This document shows positions 17,175-27,399 of a stretch of 64,000 bases of DNA, piece after piece. The stretch lies in NCBI GenBank assembly GCA_965277805.1, contig OZ255842.1, positions 2,272,001 to 2,336,000 of the forward strand, given 5' to 3'. Position 1 is the first letter of the stretch; every line of letters begins with the position of its first letter. The translations under genes and the position numbers were made by a program. This stretch comes from Candidatus Lustribacter sp. (lineage in GTDB: Bacteria > Vulcanimicrobiota > Vulcanimicrobiia > Vulcanimicrobiales > Vulcanimicrobiaceae). Under the pieces are notes generated by a model. That model was not told the DNA's origin. It was given only the letters and a program-made list of their open reading frames with translations, and did no database searches.

Positions 17175-18110
17175 ATGAAACGCACCGACTTCGTCCGCGC
17201 TACATTGGCTTCGACCGCGGCCTTCAGTCCGGGCGCGCTGCGGGCGCAAACGATCGAGCACTTTCCGGCTGCCGCAACGGCAACCGAAGGCGATGCGATC
17301 ATCTGGCTCGGTCAGTCGCTCGGCTATTTCGCGCGCGCAGGCATCGCGCTCGATCTCGAAGCCATGAGTTCGGGCGAAGTGGCGGCGGCCGCGCTCGTCG
17401 CCGGCAAGATCGTGCTGTGCAGCATGAATTCGATGTCGCTCGCGGTCGCGCACCAGAACGGCATCGACATCAGGGTCATCGCGTGCGGCGGCCAATGGGT
17501 GCGCGGTCGCAATGGCACGCAGTTGATGGTGCTGAAAGATTCCCCGATCAATTCCGGCAGCGCGCTTAACGGAAAGACGTTCGCGATCAACGTTCTGCGT
17601 GGGTCAGCTCAAATCTCGACCCTGGCATGGATCGACGCTCACGGCGGCGACTCGAGAACGACGCACTGGATCGAGATCCCGTTCGCCGCGATGCAGGCCG
17701 CGCTGGAATCCGGGCGCATCGATGCGGCGCCGATTCCGCAGCCGTTTGCGACCACCGCACTCGCGACGTGCCGTTCGTTGGGTCTGCCGAACGATGCCGT
17801 GGGCCCTAATTATCTGATCGGCGTGTATACCGCAATGAGCGCGTGGATCGCAGGCCATGCCGATGTCGCGCGCCGGATGCAATCCGCACTCTTCGCGTGC
17901 GCGCATTGGTATAACAACAATCCGGCGGCTTCGGTCGACGCCGTCGCTGCCATCACTAAACAAGAGCCTGTCCAAGTTGCCAACTCGACCCGTTCGTTCT
18001 TCGGCGAACGCCTCGGCCCGGATCTGCTTCAGCCGGTTATCGACGTCGGCGCAAAGTACGGCATCCTCAAAAGGCGGTTCGCCGCATCGGAGATCATCGC
18101 CCAATTATGA
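17175..18110 (+). CDS. ABC substrate-binding protein, NitT/TauT family
   Basis: MKRTDFV signal; GYFARAGI; LNGKTFA; EIPFAAMQAALESGRIDAA; LQPVIDVGAKYG. Confidence 0.85.
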   Translation: MKRTDFVRATLASTAAFSPGALRAQTIEHFPAAATATEGDAIIWLGQSLGYFARAGIALDLEAMSSGEVAAAALVAGKIVLCSMNSMSLAVAHQNGIDIRVIACGGQWVRGRNGTQLMVLKDSPINSGSALNGKTFAINVLRGSAQISTLAWIDAHGGDSRTTHWIEIPFAAMQAALESGRIDAAPIPQPFATTALATCRSLGLPNDAVGPNYLIGVYTAMSAWIAGHADVARRMQSALFACAHWYNNNPAASVDAVAAITKQEPVQVANSTRSFFGERLGPDLLQPVIDVGAKYGILKRRFAASEIIAQL

Positions 18111-19069
18111 TCGGTAACGGCTGCATCGACGTCCATGCCCACGCGTTCAGCTCCGAGTATGTCCAACTGCTCGAGCAACTCGGTGCCCGGTCCGAGGTGA
18201 TGTCGACGACGCGTAACGTCTTCTCGGCCTCACAGCAGGACGATGTTGCGCTCCGGCTCGCCGCGATGGACTGGGGCGGCGTCGAGCGCCAGGTGCTCTC
18301 GATGTCGGCGGCCACGCCGTACTTTGAAGACCTCGCCGCCGCGCAGCGCGCCGCGCGCTTCATCAACGACGAGCACGCCGAACTGTGCCGTCGCCATCCC
18401 GACCGCTTCTCGTTCTTCTGCGTGCTGCCGATGCCGCACGTCGACGCCTCGCTCGAGGAGCTGCGCCGCTGCATCGAGGAACTCGGCGCTGCGGGCGTCA
18501 CGTTCACGACGCAGATCGGGGACCGCGCGCTCACGGATCCGGCGTTCACGGAGATCTTCGCCGAGCTCGACAGGCGCAGCGTGGTAACGTTCCTCCACCC
18601 ACCCGGCCTTGCATGCGCATCTCCGGTCATTAAAAATAGCGGCCTGAGCTGGTCGCTCGGAGCGCCCATCGAAGATGCGGTCTGCGCGATGCAGCTGATG
18701 AACGCCGATTTCCCGCGCCGCTACCCGCAACTCAAAGTGATCCTGCCGCACCTCGGCGGCTTCATCGCGTTCTTGCGTTATCGCCTCGGACGCAGCGCCG
18801 ATAAGACGATACCGTTGCCGGCCGACCAGATGCGCGCGTTTTGGTATGATACCGCCAACGGCGAGCCGGCGGCACTCCGCGCCTCGATCGAGTGCTATGG
18901 CCTCGAGCGGCTCGTTTTCGGCACGGACTATCCGTATTGGACGCCCGGCGCGGGCTACGAGCAGGCCGTGCACTACATCGAGCAAATCGGCCTGGGGCCC
19001 GCGGAGCTGGCCGCAATCCGTTACGGTAACGCGAAAAAGCTCTTCGGGCATGTGCTGGCAAGCAATTGA
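18107..19069 (+). CDS. Amidohydrolase_2 family protein (non-oxidative decarboxylase/hydratase-like)
   Basis: IDVHAH, FLHP, ILPHLGG, FWYDTA, VFGTDYPY, GNAKKLF. Confidence 0.85.
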   Translation: MIGNGCIDVHAHAFSSEYVQLLEQLGARSEVMSTTRNVFSASQQDDVALRLAAMDWGGVERQVLSMSAATPYFEDLAAAQRAARFINDEHAELCRRHPDRFSFFCVLPMPHVDASLEELRRCIEELGAAGVTFTTQIGDRALTDPAFTEIFAELDRRSVVTFLHPPGLACASPVIKNSGLSWSLGAPIEDAVCAMQLMNADFPRRYPQLKVILPHLGGFIAFLRYRLGRSADKTIPLPADQMRAFWYDTANGEPAALRASIECYGLERLVFGTDYPYWTPGAGYEQAVHYIEQIGLGPAELAAIRYGNAKKLFGHVLASN

Positions 19070-19094
19070 GAGCCCTCGAAGCAGTGTTGTCGTC

Positions 19095-19979
19095 GTGAGC
19101 CGCCGGTTCGACGTCCCGTTTCCGCCGGACCCCAATCCCCGCAAGCCACGATTTCGCGTTCCGCCGGGCAGTTGGGACACACATTTCCACCTCTACGGGC
19201 CGCCCGACCGGTTTCCATATGCAGAGAACCGCGTGCGCACGCCGCCGGCGGCGCCGATCGAGCACTGGTGGAGCATGAGCGCCGCAATTGGAATCTCCCG
19301 CGGAGTGACGGTCACGCCGGGCATTCATGGCTCGAACAACGACGCAACGCTCGACGCGATCGAGCGCTCGGACGGCCGCCTCGTCGGCATGATCCGTGCC
19401 GATAGCGCACTCACCGCGCAAGATATTGCCCGGCTTCATAAGCGCGGCATCCGAGGCATGCGTTTTGCATTCGCCACGCACCGCACGAACTCGTTCGACG
19501 AAGCGCAGCTGCGCTTGAATCTCGCTCATATCGAGCCCTCGAGTTGGGTCGTCGCGTTCTTACTCGATGGCGGTGCGCTGGAACGCCATGCCGACACGAT
19601 CGCGAGCGTACCGCTGCCGGTCGTCATCGATGGATTCGCGGGCATTTTGCCCCGGCTCGGCGTCGACCAACCGATCCTACGGACGCTGCTCGATCTGTTA
19701 CGGCGTCCGAACGTTCATCTGAAGATCATGTGCCCCGACCGGGAGCTGCATGCCGGCGAGCGGTATGAAGATGTCGTCGCGCTCGTGCGAACGATCGTGG
19801 CGAGCGCGCCGGACCGGATCATGTGGGGATCCGATTGGCCGCATTCGTATCTCTTCGAAGCCGGCAAGATTCCGAACGACGGTGATCTGCTGAGCATGCT
19901 GGCGGACTTTGCCCCCGACGAATCCGTACGCCGGAAGATCCTCGTCGACAATCCAACGCGGCTGTTCGACATCGGTTAG
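19095..19979 (+). CDS. Amidohydrolase, 2-pyrone-4,6-dicarboxylate lactonase (LigI)-like
   Basis: PPGSWDTHFHLYGP, GIRGMRF, PDRIMWGSDWPH, ILVDNPTRLF; GTG start is approximate. Confidence 0.8.
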   Translation: MSRRFDVPFPPDPNPRKPRFRVPPGSWDTHFHLYGPPDRFPYAENRVRTPPAAPIEHWWSMSAAIGISRGVTVTPGIHGSNNDATLDAIERSDGRLVGMIRADSALTAQDIARLHKRGIRGMRFAFATHRTNSFDEAQLRLNLAHIEPSSWVVAFLLDGGALERHADTIASVPLPVVIDGFAGILPRLGVDQPILRTLLDLLRRPNVHLKIMCPDRELHAGERYEDVVALVRTIVASAPDRIMWGSDWPHSYLFEAGKIPNDGDLLSMLADFAPDESVRRKILVDNPTRLFDIG

Positions 19980-20005
19980 CCGGCCGTATCCAAAAGGCAG
20001 ATAGC

Positions 20006-20950
20006 ATGCGTAGAGCTCGCTTTGCGGCCGCGGTCGCTGCAACAACACTTATGCCGGTGCCCGCGTTCGCACAGTCGCTTTCGCTGCCCGCCGTGCGGAT
20101 TGCGACCGTCCCAATCGACAGTGGCATGCAGGTCCGCTACGCACAAGACCTTGGCTCATTCGCAAAGGCGGGGCTGAGCGTCGAGGTTCAAGCGATCACG
20201 AACGGCTCGCAGATCACGGCGGCGGTCATCGCGGGTACCATCGACATCGGCTTTTCGAACCTGCTCTCGGTGATCCAGGCATACGAGCGCGGCATTCCGA
20301 TCGTCGCCCTCTTTCCAGCCGGACTTTATAGTTCAGAACGGCCCAACGGCGGTCTGGTCGTTGCCAAAGACTCGACAATCGCATCGGCCAAGGACTTGAA
20401 CGGCAAGACGATCGGGATTTCCACGCTCGGCAATATGACGCAGCTCGCCCCTATGGCCTGGATCGATCAGCACGGCGGCGATTACAAAAGCGTGCGCTGG
20501 ATTGAAATTCCGGCATTTCCGGCGCTGCAAGCCGCGGTCGAACAACACCGGATCGATGCCGCGTTCTTAAGCGATCCCATCTTCACGGCGGCCAAACAAA
20601 CGGATCGGCTCCTTGCGAACGCGCTCGACGCGATCGGACCGCGCTTCGTGACCGGAACCTGGTTCTCCACGAAGCAGTGGGCCGAGCAGCACCCTGACCT
20701 CGTTGCGCGATTCATTGCCGCGATGAAGGAGGCGTCGCATTGGGCGAATACCCATCCGCGAGACGCCGTGCCGCTGATCGCCAAATACACGAACGTACCG
20801 CTCGACGTCGTATCCAGCGAGCCGGTGACGGTTCTCGGCGAAGGGCTGATTTCGAGTGATTACAAGCCACTACTCGATGCCGCATCAAAATATGGTCTCG
20901 TGCCGAGACCGATCTCCGTTGGGGAACTCATCGTTCGCCCGCCTCGTTAG
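20006..20950 (+). CDS. ABC substrate-binding protein, NitT/TauT family
   Basis: MRRARF signal; FAKAGL; NGSQITAAV; KDLNGKTIG; HPDLVARF. Confidence 0.88.
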   Translation: MRRARFAAAVAATTLMPVPAFAQSLSLPAVRIATVPIDSGMQVRYAQDLGSFAKAGLSVEVQAITNGSQITAAVIAGTIDIGFSNLLSVIQAYERGIPIVALFPAGLYSSERPNGGLVVAKDSTIASAKDLNGKTIGISTLGNMTQLAPMAWIDQHGGDYKSVRWIEIPAFPALQAAVEQHRIDAAFLSDPIFTAAKQTDRLLANALDAIGPRFVTGTWFSTKQWAEQHPDLVARFIAAMKEASHWANTHPRDAVPLIAKYTNVPLDVVSSEPVTVLGEGLISSDYKPLLDAASKYGLVPRPISVGELIVRPPR

Positions 20951-21986
20951 GGAATTGTAGGCGATGCGCAGTCCGTTCCGATATCCCCGGCTGCCCGGTC
21001 CGGCGCACGTTCTGAATGAGCCTGTTATTATATTCTTCCGCTTCGACTTCATCATAGCGCGGCGGATTCGACGCATCGTGACACGTCGGCAAGCAGCGGA
21101 TCAGTGAGCTTCCATGCGGATAGGTAAAAAACGGCAGCGACACCCGCGGCTTTCCGGCTAGATTCAGCGCCCGATGCAGCGTCGACATATAGAGATCGTT
21201 TGTCCACATCGCGAGCATGTCGCCGATGTTGACGACGAACGTGTTCGGAATAGGCGGAACATCGATCCACTGGCCCGCTGAATTTTTGGCTTGCAAACCA
21301 CCAACGGTATCCTGGAGCAAGATCGTAAACGCGCCGTAATCCGTATGTGGCGAGAAGCTCCACTGATTCTCTTGGAGCTGCGCTTGGTCGACCGGCGGAT
21401 AGTAGTTCAGGAGCAGGTTTGCTCCAAGATAGCGGAACATCTCGTCGAAAAACGCTTCGTCGAGCCCTAAACTCAGCGCGAGAGCACGCGCCAGCGTGCG
21501 TGCCAGGTTCGAGCACGTTCGCATATACGACTTCATGAAGTCCTCGAAACCCGGTGCGAGCTTCGGGTCGGGCCACTGACTGTTGCCCGCGTTATAGTTT
21601 CCGTTTGCCGGCTCGCCCGCAATGAGTTCGCGACTCATCGTAAAGCGCTCTTTGATGTCCGGCGCCGCCACCGTGCGCTCCACTCCGCCGACTTGCACGA
21701 AACCGCGGCCGGCCGGACTATTCACGCTCGAAACGCTGAGCTTGTCCTCAAGCGGCAGCGCAAAAAAGCGATGTGACAATTGGAGTGCGCGTTCCAGCTC
21801 CGCTTCGCTTAGCCCGTGCCCGACGAGGTAAAAGAAGCCGATGCTGATGCACGCCTCGCGCAGCTGCGCGGCCACTTCGGAACGCTCTGCTAATGTGCCG
21901 CCGTTCACGAACGGAGCGAGATCGATGACCGGCAAAGCGGTTACGGCTTGTCGCTCTACTCCGGAAGGAATCGCATGACCCTGCAT
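20928..21986 (-). CDS. 2-oxoglutarate/Fe(II) oxygenase, isopenicillin N synthase family
   Basis: LPVIDL, GFFYLVGHG, LNYYPP, HTDYG, GGLQ, VVNIGDML, STLHRA, RVSLPFF. Confidence 0.92.
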   Translation of the reverse strand: MQGHAIPSGVERQAVTALPVIDLAPFVNGGTLAERSEVAAQLREACISIGFFYLVGHGLSEAELERALQLSHRFFALPLEDKLSVSSVNSPAGRGFVQVGGVERTVAAPDIKERFTMSRELIAGEPANGNYNAGNSQWPDPKLAPGFEDFMKSYMRTCSNLARTLARALALSLGLDEAFFDEMFRYLGANLLLNYYPPVDQAQLQENQWSFSPHTDYGAFTILLQDTVGGLQAKNSAGQWIDVPPIPNTFVVNIGDMLAMWTNDLYMSTLHRALNLAGKPRVSLPFFTYPHGSSLIRCLPTCHDASNPPRYDEVEAEEYNNRLIQNVRRTGQPGISERTAHRLQFPNEAGER

Positions 21987-22004
21987 TCCGCCTACCTCTG
22001 ATCG

Positions 22005-22784
22005 TTAGTGATGGGTTAGGCCACCGTTGACCGCGATTGCTTGACCGGTGACGAAACCGCTCGCGGGGCTGGCAAGGAAGAGCACGAGCCCGACGATATC
22101 CTGGGGTGTTTCGGGACGCTGGATGCACTGATTCGCGGCGATCCTGGCGGCGACTTGATCGTCGAAGCCGGCCCGAGGAATCTCGGTCGTCGTGGCGCCG
22201 GGGATGATCGTATTGACCGTGATATTGAACTTGCCCAATTCGGTCGAAAGCGCATTCGTCATGCCCAGCAATGCCGATTTCGAGGTGACGTAGTGCAAGT
22301 AATTCGGGGTACCTTGCCAAATTGACGACGTCGCGATATTGATGATGCGGCCCCACTGTGCCGCGCGCATCACCGGGGCGACCGCCCGGCTGCAGTAATA
22401 CGGGCCGTTGACGTTAACGCGCAAGACGGTGTCCCAATCTTCGAGCGGGATCTCGTCGAACGGCCCCTTCTTCAGGGTCGAAAAGATCGCAGCATTGTTG
22501 ATCAGAATGTCGACACGACCGAAGGTGCTCGTAACGGTCTCGACCATCTTCGTGCACGCCTCGAGATCGGCGACGTCGACCTCTACGGCGAGAGCGCGTC
22601 CACCGGCATCGACAATCCCCTTTTCGACGCGCTTTGCATTTTCGAGATTGAGCTCGGCGATGACCGGTATAGCCCCCGCCGCAGCAAATGCCAGCGCGTA
22701 TTCGCGTCCGATCCCTTGGCCGGCTCCCGTAACGATTGCGACCCGGTCCGTGAGATCCCGAAGGTCGCCGGTCAGCATTGCCAC
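22005..22784 (-). CDS. Short-chain dehydrogenase/reductase (SDR)
   Basis: TGAGQGIG, INNAA, YVTSK, FVTGQAIAVNGG; AGGAG SD. Confidence 0.92.
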   Translation of the reverse strand: MAMLTGDLRDLTDRVAIVTGAGQGIGREYALAFAAAGAIPVIAELNLENAKRVEKGIVDAGGRALAVEVDVADLEACTKMVETVTSTFGRVDILINNAAIFSTLKKGPFDEIPLEDWDTVLRVNVNGPYYCSRAVAPVMRAAQWGRIINIATSSIWQGTPNYLHYVTSKSALLGMTNALSTELGKFNITVNTIIPGATTTEIPRAGFDDQVAARIAANQCIQRPETPQDIVGLVLFLASPASGFVTGQAIAVNGGLTHH

Positions 22785-22842
22785 GCATTGACTCCTGAAG
22801 AGCGGGAAGGTATTTGGCTTTTGGGCAGTCGCGCTGCCGTTC

Positions 22843-23994
22843 CTATTGCTTAACGAGCACCCAGTCGCTCTTCGGCACGTCCCACCGCATCACGACGAGA
22901 TTATCGGCCGTCAGCCCGCGTTGGTTGCCGCCGCGAAAGTCATAAACACCCGCGATGCCGGCGAAGCCGTGTAAATTTTCGATGTACGAATGGACCTGAG
23001 CACTCGTGGCATCAGCACCTAACGTGCGGAGCGCTTGAACGAGAATCAACCCGGCGTCCCAAAGGAAGCCGCTTTGCAGACTTACCGGGTAATTTGATGC
23101 GCGCATCGCCTCATAAAATGCGCGCTGCGGTGCACCCAGTTTGCCGCCCGGCGCTGCCGACGGCAACATATACCTCAGCCCGGGGAAGTAGAGTTCCTTC
23201 GGCATGATCGACGCGAATTGCCGGATCTCACCGTAGGTCATGTTGCCCGAGGTCGTCACCATCGGCAGATCTAAGCCCGCGTCGCTCACGCCATGCAGCA
23301 GCGTGCCGAATGGTGCGTTCGGCGCCCAGAGGAACACCACTTGCGGTTGGGCCGCCTTGATATCAGCGATTTGTGCGCCGACCGAGAGATCCGTGGGATT
23401 GAAGTGTTCGCGCCGGACCAATTTCAACTGCTTGTTCTCGGGCATCGCCAACGCCACGTCCATGGCCGCGTCGGCTTCTTGCCCGGAGGCGTCGGTGAGC
23501 GTGATGCTGGCGATACGATTCCAGCCGCGATCGCGCGCATAACGAACGAGTGCGATCACTTGGTCGCTATTCGAAACGCTGCCGGAAAAAAGGTAGCTGT
23601 CTTTCGCCGGATGGACCGCCGGCGATTGGCAGTACTGCACAGGACCGTTCTTAAGCAACGGCTCAGTTGCGCGACAACTGCCGACGACGCCTGGCCCAAG
23701 CATCCACTGGACGTGTTTTGCGATCAACTGATTCGTGAGTTCGACGGCCGTCTTGGCATCCGACCCCTCATCGAGGAATTGGAACCTGATCGGCTGCCCT
23801 TTGATGCCGCCCTGCGCATTTACCATCGACTGCAACGCGAGAAGAGCGTTTTGATTGTCCTTCCCGGAAAAGGCCGCCGAGCCGGTCAACGGCAGGATCG
23901 CATAGATATCGATCGGCTCGTTGAGCGTAGCCGGGGAGGCTGCCGATGCGCCGGCGAGCACGAGGGTAATGGCAAGAGCCATGAATTGAGTCAC
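22843..23994 (-). CDS. ABC substrate-binding protein, branched-chain amino acid (LivK-like) family
   Basis: ILPLTGSAAFSG, NAQGGIKGQPI, WDAGLIL, GIAGVYDF. Confidence 0.85.
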   Translation of the reverse strand: MTQFMALAITLVLAGASAASPATLNEPIDIYAILPLTGSAAFSGKDNQNALLALQSMVNAQGGIKGQPIRFQFLDEGSDAKTAVELTNQLIAKHVQWMLGPGVVGSCRATEPLLKNGPVQYCQSPAVHPAKDSYLFSGSVSNSDQVIALVRYARDRGWNRIASITLTDASGQEADAAMDVALAMPENKQLKLVRREHFNPTDLSVGAQIADIKAAQPQVVFLWAPNAPFGTLLHGVSDAGLDLPMVTTSGNMTYGEIRQFASIMPKELYFPGLRYMLPSAAPGGKLGAPQRAFYEAMRASNYPVSLQSGFLWDAGLILVQALRTLGADATSAQVHSYIENLHGFAGIAGVYDFRGGNQRGLTADNLVVMRWDVPKSDWVLVKQ

Positions 23995-24035
23995 GTGTTC
24001 ACTCCCTATCGTTCAAAACACGGCCGGCTTTTCAC

Positions 24036-25004
24036 CTAACGCAAAGATAACGGCGTCAAGAGATCGCGGGCTGGAAACGCGGCTTTGATTGCGCCGAAGC
24101 GTGCGGCAACATCGATAACAGGCTGCACTAATTCGGGCGTCGTCTGTGAGGCAAAATACGGCCTTTGCGCCGCGAGCATATCGGCGACGGACAGCGGCGT
24201 GTATTTCGCGAATAATTTGACCGCCTCGTCCGCGTGCGCATTAGCCCATGCCGACGCCTTGCTCAAGGCATCTGTAAGGCGCTTCGCAAGATCCGGATGC
24301 TGCTGCACCCAGCTCGTCGTGGTAAACCAACCGGCAGCGACGAACGTCGGCGCGATCGAGTTGTAGGTGTACGCAACTCGTCGTAACCCGGCTTGTGCTT
24401 TCGCGGTGGCCGCGTTGCCGGGATCGATTTCGATCGCATCGACGCGACCCAACAACGCGCTATCGACCAGCATCGGAATCGACGTCTCCACGAAATGGAC
24501 GGTCGTCGAGTCGCCGCCATTGTGGTCGATCCAGTTACGTAGCGCGTAGAACGATGTGTTACTCAGGCTCAAGACCGCGGTCGTCTTGCCGTCCAAGTCT
24601 TTTCCGGTGCGGATCGGCGAATTCTTCGCCACTTCGAGCAGGCCATCTGTGGGATCACTCGACCGGTAAAGCTCGGTTCCCAGGAGCATGCTTACCGGGA
24701 GGCCTTTGTCATGCGCGACGATCAACGAGATCACGTTCGAGAAGCCCACGTCGACCGAGCCCGACACGACGGCCGCGGTGATAGCGGCGCCGTTTTGCAA
24801 CGACGTGAATTCAGCCTTGATTCCGGCTTCTTGAAAATAGCCAAGGTCGCTAGCATAGTACGTAACGGCTGCAGTCTCCGTCGTAATGACCGCTATGCGC
24901 ACCGTCGCGAGATCGGCTTGTCCGCGTGCCCAAGCGCCGGTGTCTACAACGCCGCCGAGCAAAGGGGCTGTCGCGGCCAACGATATCCACGCCGCCCGTC
25001 TCAT
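24036..25004 (-). CDS. ABC substrate-binding protein, NitT/TauT family
   Basis: GYFQEAGI, NGAAITAAV, KDLDGKT, QPVIDVAARFG. Confidence 0.88.
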   Translation of the reverse strand: MRRAAWISLAATAPLLGGVVDTGAWARGQADLATVRIAVITTETAAVTYYASDLGYFQEAGIKAEFTSLQNGAAITAAVVSGSVDVGFSNVISLIVAHDKGLPVSMLLGTELYRSSDPTDGLLEVAKNSPIRTGKDLDGKTTAVLSLSNTSFYALRNWIDHNGGDSTTVHFVETSIPMLVDSALLGRVDAIEIDPGNAATAKAQAGLRRVAYTYNSIAPTFVAAGWFTTTSWVQQHPDLAKRLTDALSKASAWANAHADEAVKLFAKYTPLSVADMLAAQRPYFASQTTPELVQPVIDVAARFGAIKAAFPARDLLTPLSLR

Positions 25005-25684
25005 TTGATCGTGATCGTCAAATCGGTGAGGCCGTCGACGTGTCCTTGAAGACGATCCCCGCGCACGACCGCGTTGACGCCGTCGGGCGTCCCGGTAAAG
25101 ATGATGTCACCCGGCGCGAGTTCCACCAACTCGGAGAGGAACGACAGCATTTCCGGCACGTTCCAGATCATGTCTCCAAGTGCGCCGTGCTGACGCACCG
25201 AATCGTTCACCTTGAGCCAAATCGCGGCGCCGGCCGGCAAATGGCCGACGGCGTCAACCGGCGAGAGCGGACCGCATGGCGCGGATTGATCGAAACCTTT
25301 GGACATGTCCCACGGACGGCGCAGCGCTTTGGCTTCGTCCTGAAGATCACGACGCGTCATGTCCAAGCCCACCGCATAGCCGAACACGAGATCGAGCGCA
25401 CGCTCCACCGGCACGTTGCTGCCGCCGGCCTTGAGCGCGACGACCAGCTCGATCTCGTGGTGGTAGTTGTTCGTTTTGGCCGGATACGGAACCGTGCTTT
25501 CGCACGTTACGGCGTCGGTCGGTTTCATGAAGAAAAAGGGTGGCTCGCGATCGGGATCGGCACCCATCTCGCGGGCGTGCGCGGCGTAATTACGGCCAAC
25601 GCAATAGATGCGGCGCACCGGAAAGCGATCGCCGCCGGCGACGGGAATCGTGGTCATCGCGGGGGCCGCAACGGTTGTGGTCAT
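25001..25684 (-). CDS. Fumarylacetoacetate hydrolase family (fumarylpyruvate hydrolase NagK-like)
   Basis: RRIYCVGRNYAAHAREMG, PFFFMKP, HHEIELVV, GLDMTRRDLQ, KGFD, GDIIFTGTPDGV; GGAG SD before ATG 25684. Confidence 0.9.
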   Translation of the reverse strand: MTTTVAAPAMTTIPVAGGDRFPVRRIYCVGRNYAAHAREMGADPDREPPFFFMKPTDAVTCESTVPYPAKTNNYHHEIELVVALKAGGSNVPVERALDLVFGYAVGLDMTRRDLQDEAKALRRPWDMSKGFDQSAPCGPLSPVDAVGHLPAGAAIWLKVNDSVRQHGALGDMIWNVPEMLSFLSELVELAPGDIIFTGTPDGVNAVVRGDRLQGHVDGLTDLTITIK

Positions 25685-25721
25685 CGTATCTCCAGTCGGA
25701 ATAATAAGCATATTGACATGG

Positions 25722-26465
25722 TTAGAGGTGCTCCGCGATCCGGCACTTCCACGACTCCCACGGACGGTCGACGAAACGATCGGAATGCGCGCCCATGCGT
25801 TGCAGCTCGAAGGCGTTGAGGTAGTTCGGGCTTGGTCCCAGCTTGAGCGCATCGAGCACCAGACGTGCGTTGACTTCGGTGTAAATCGCGCGAAAGACCA
25901 GTTGCGGAAGATTGGCGGCGACGACCGTCTCGCCGTGCCCGCGCATCAGCACTACCGGTCCGTCGCCAAGCACCCGGGCGACGGCCGCGCCCAAAGCGTT
26001 GCTTTGGATCAACATGCCGTTGTCTTCGCCTGCCGTTGCGCGGATTTCGAACACCGGCACGGGGCCGCGCAAGAAGCCGGCCTGATGGCAGATCGCGCGC
26101 AACGGCACATCGCTGACACCGAACGGGATTACGCCGGGCGAGTGCGTGTGCACGACGCACTGCACGTCGGGCCGCGCGCGGTAGATCTCGCCGTGGATAA
26201 AGCGCTCGCCGTAAAGCCGTTGGCCGTCGGGCAGCTGTTCGAGGAGCTCGCTGTTCTCATGGAGTTCGCACACGTCGGCGGCGCTAACCAAGTCGGGAGC
26301 GCGCGAGACCGAGATGAAGAAATGCTTTGGGTTCGCCGCCGAACGCACGCTGACGTGACCGTAGCCGTCGAGCACGTCCTGATCGGCCAGGATGCGATTC
26401 GCGACCACGAGATCGGCGATGCGGTCCGCATCTTCGGCCGTCACGGCGGCACGGTTAGAGAGCAT
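25722..26465 (-). CDS. Class II aldolase/adducin family protein (possible decarboxylase)
   Basis: DLVVANRIL, GHVSVR, ERFIHGEIYRARPDV, VVHTHS, LMRGHG. Confidence 0.88.
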   Translation of the reverse strand: MLSNRAAVTAEDADRIADLVVANRILADQDVLDGYGHVSVRSAANPKHFFISVSRAPDLVSAADVCELHENSELLEQLPDGQRLYGERFIHGEIYRARPDVQCVVHTHSPGVIPFGVSDVPLRAICHQAGFLRGPVPVFEIRATAGEDNGMLIQSNALGAAVARVLGDGPVVLMRGHGETVVAANLPQLVFRAIYTEVNARLVLDALKLGPSPNYLNAFELQRMGAHSDRFVDRPWESWKCRIAEHL

Positions 26466-27399
26466 TGGGCGCGATCAGGTCCTTGGCGGCAAACGCTTTC
26501 GGAATAGCGCCGTACCTCGCCGATGCGTCGATCAGCGGCTGAATCATCGCCCCATCGAGCTTCAACGCGAACACGGTGCGCGCCATCGTCGGGCTGACGG
26601 CGACCTTGGTATACTTCGTGATCAGCGCGCCCGATTCGCTCTGCTGCGTGTTCGCCCAGGCGGCCGTCTGCGCCATCGCTTTCTGAAAGCGCTTCACAAT
26701 GTCGGGATGGGCTTGCGCCCACGCGCCGGACGCAAACCAGCCGCCGATGAGGAAATCGTTCGCGATGCCGTTGAAGCAGGCGGCGAGCACGCGCACCGTG
26801 CCCGCCGACACGGCCGCGCTAAGCGAGGGTTCGGCGATCACCGCGGCGTCGATGCGCCCCACGTTGAGAGCGTCCGGCATCTGCGGAAACGGCATTTCCA
26901 CGAATTTGATCGACGCCGGATCGACACCGTTTTGCGCGAGCCAGGCATACGCGCCGACTTGGGTGATGTTCTTCACCCCGTTGCCGGCGACGATCCTCCC
27001 GGTCAAGTCCTTGGCGGCTTTGTACGGTGATTTCGCGCCCACCACGAGTTCCGCCGACGGCGCCTTGCTCGAGTACTGTCCGGCTCCGGCGATCAGCACC
27101 ACGTCAGTTCCGGCCGCATGCGCGGCGCAGAGCGACACCAGGTTCGATTGCGCAATGTCGATCGAGCCGGCGAGTACGGCGGCCACGATTGCGGCGCCGT
27201 TGGAAACAACCTGAATGTCGCCGTCGAGGCCATTAGCCTTGAGAAACCCTTTGTCTTCCGCCATGAAGATTTGCGCGTCGGACGGCGGCGTCGCGACCCT
27301 GATCGTTGTCAGGGCTTGCGCCTCCGCCTCACACGCCTTAACGGCGCCGTACGGCAGCAGCGCCGTCAGTGCCAGCCTCGCAAAGTGCCGCCGCTTCAC
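26455..27399 (-). CDS. ABC substrate-binding protein, NitT/TauT family
   Basis: GTG start (KRRHF) overlapping the upstream stop; NGAAIVAAV; EMPFPQM; GRIDAAVIAEP. Confidence 0.85.
   Translation of the reverse strand: MKRRHFARLALTALLPYGAVKACEAEAQALTTIRVATPPSDAQIFMAEDKGFLKANGLDGDIQVVSNGAAIVAAVLAGSIDIAQSNLVSLCAAHAAGTDVVLIAGAGQYSSKAPSAELVVGAKSPYKAAKDLTGRIVAGNGVKNITQVGAYAWLAQNGVDPASIKFVEMPFPQMPDALNVGRIDAAVIAEPSLSAAVSAGTVRVLAACFNGIANDFLIGGWFASGAWAQAHPDIVKRFQKAMAQTAAWANTQQSESGALITKYTKVAVSPTMARTVFALKLDGAMIQPLIDASARYGAIPKAFAAKDLIAPNAL

Noticed and set aside
20928-21986. IPNS-like oxygenase as a sign of beta-lactam biosynthesis, with the MBL protein at 44330 as resistance
   Set aside because: No NRPS or other biosynthetic genes; both folds are widespread and the context is catabolic
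20006-25004. Slightly more AT-rich codon usage suggesting a horizontally acquired segment
   Set aside because: Not quantifiable by eye, and no integrase, tRNA, transposase or flanking direct repeats were seen
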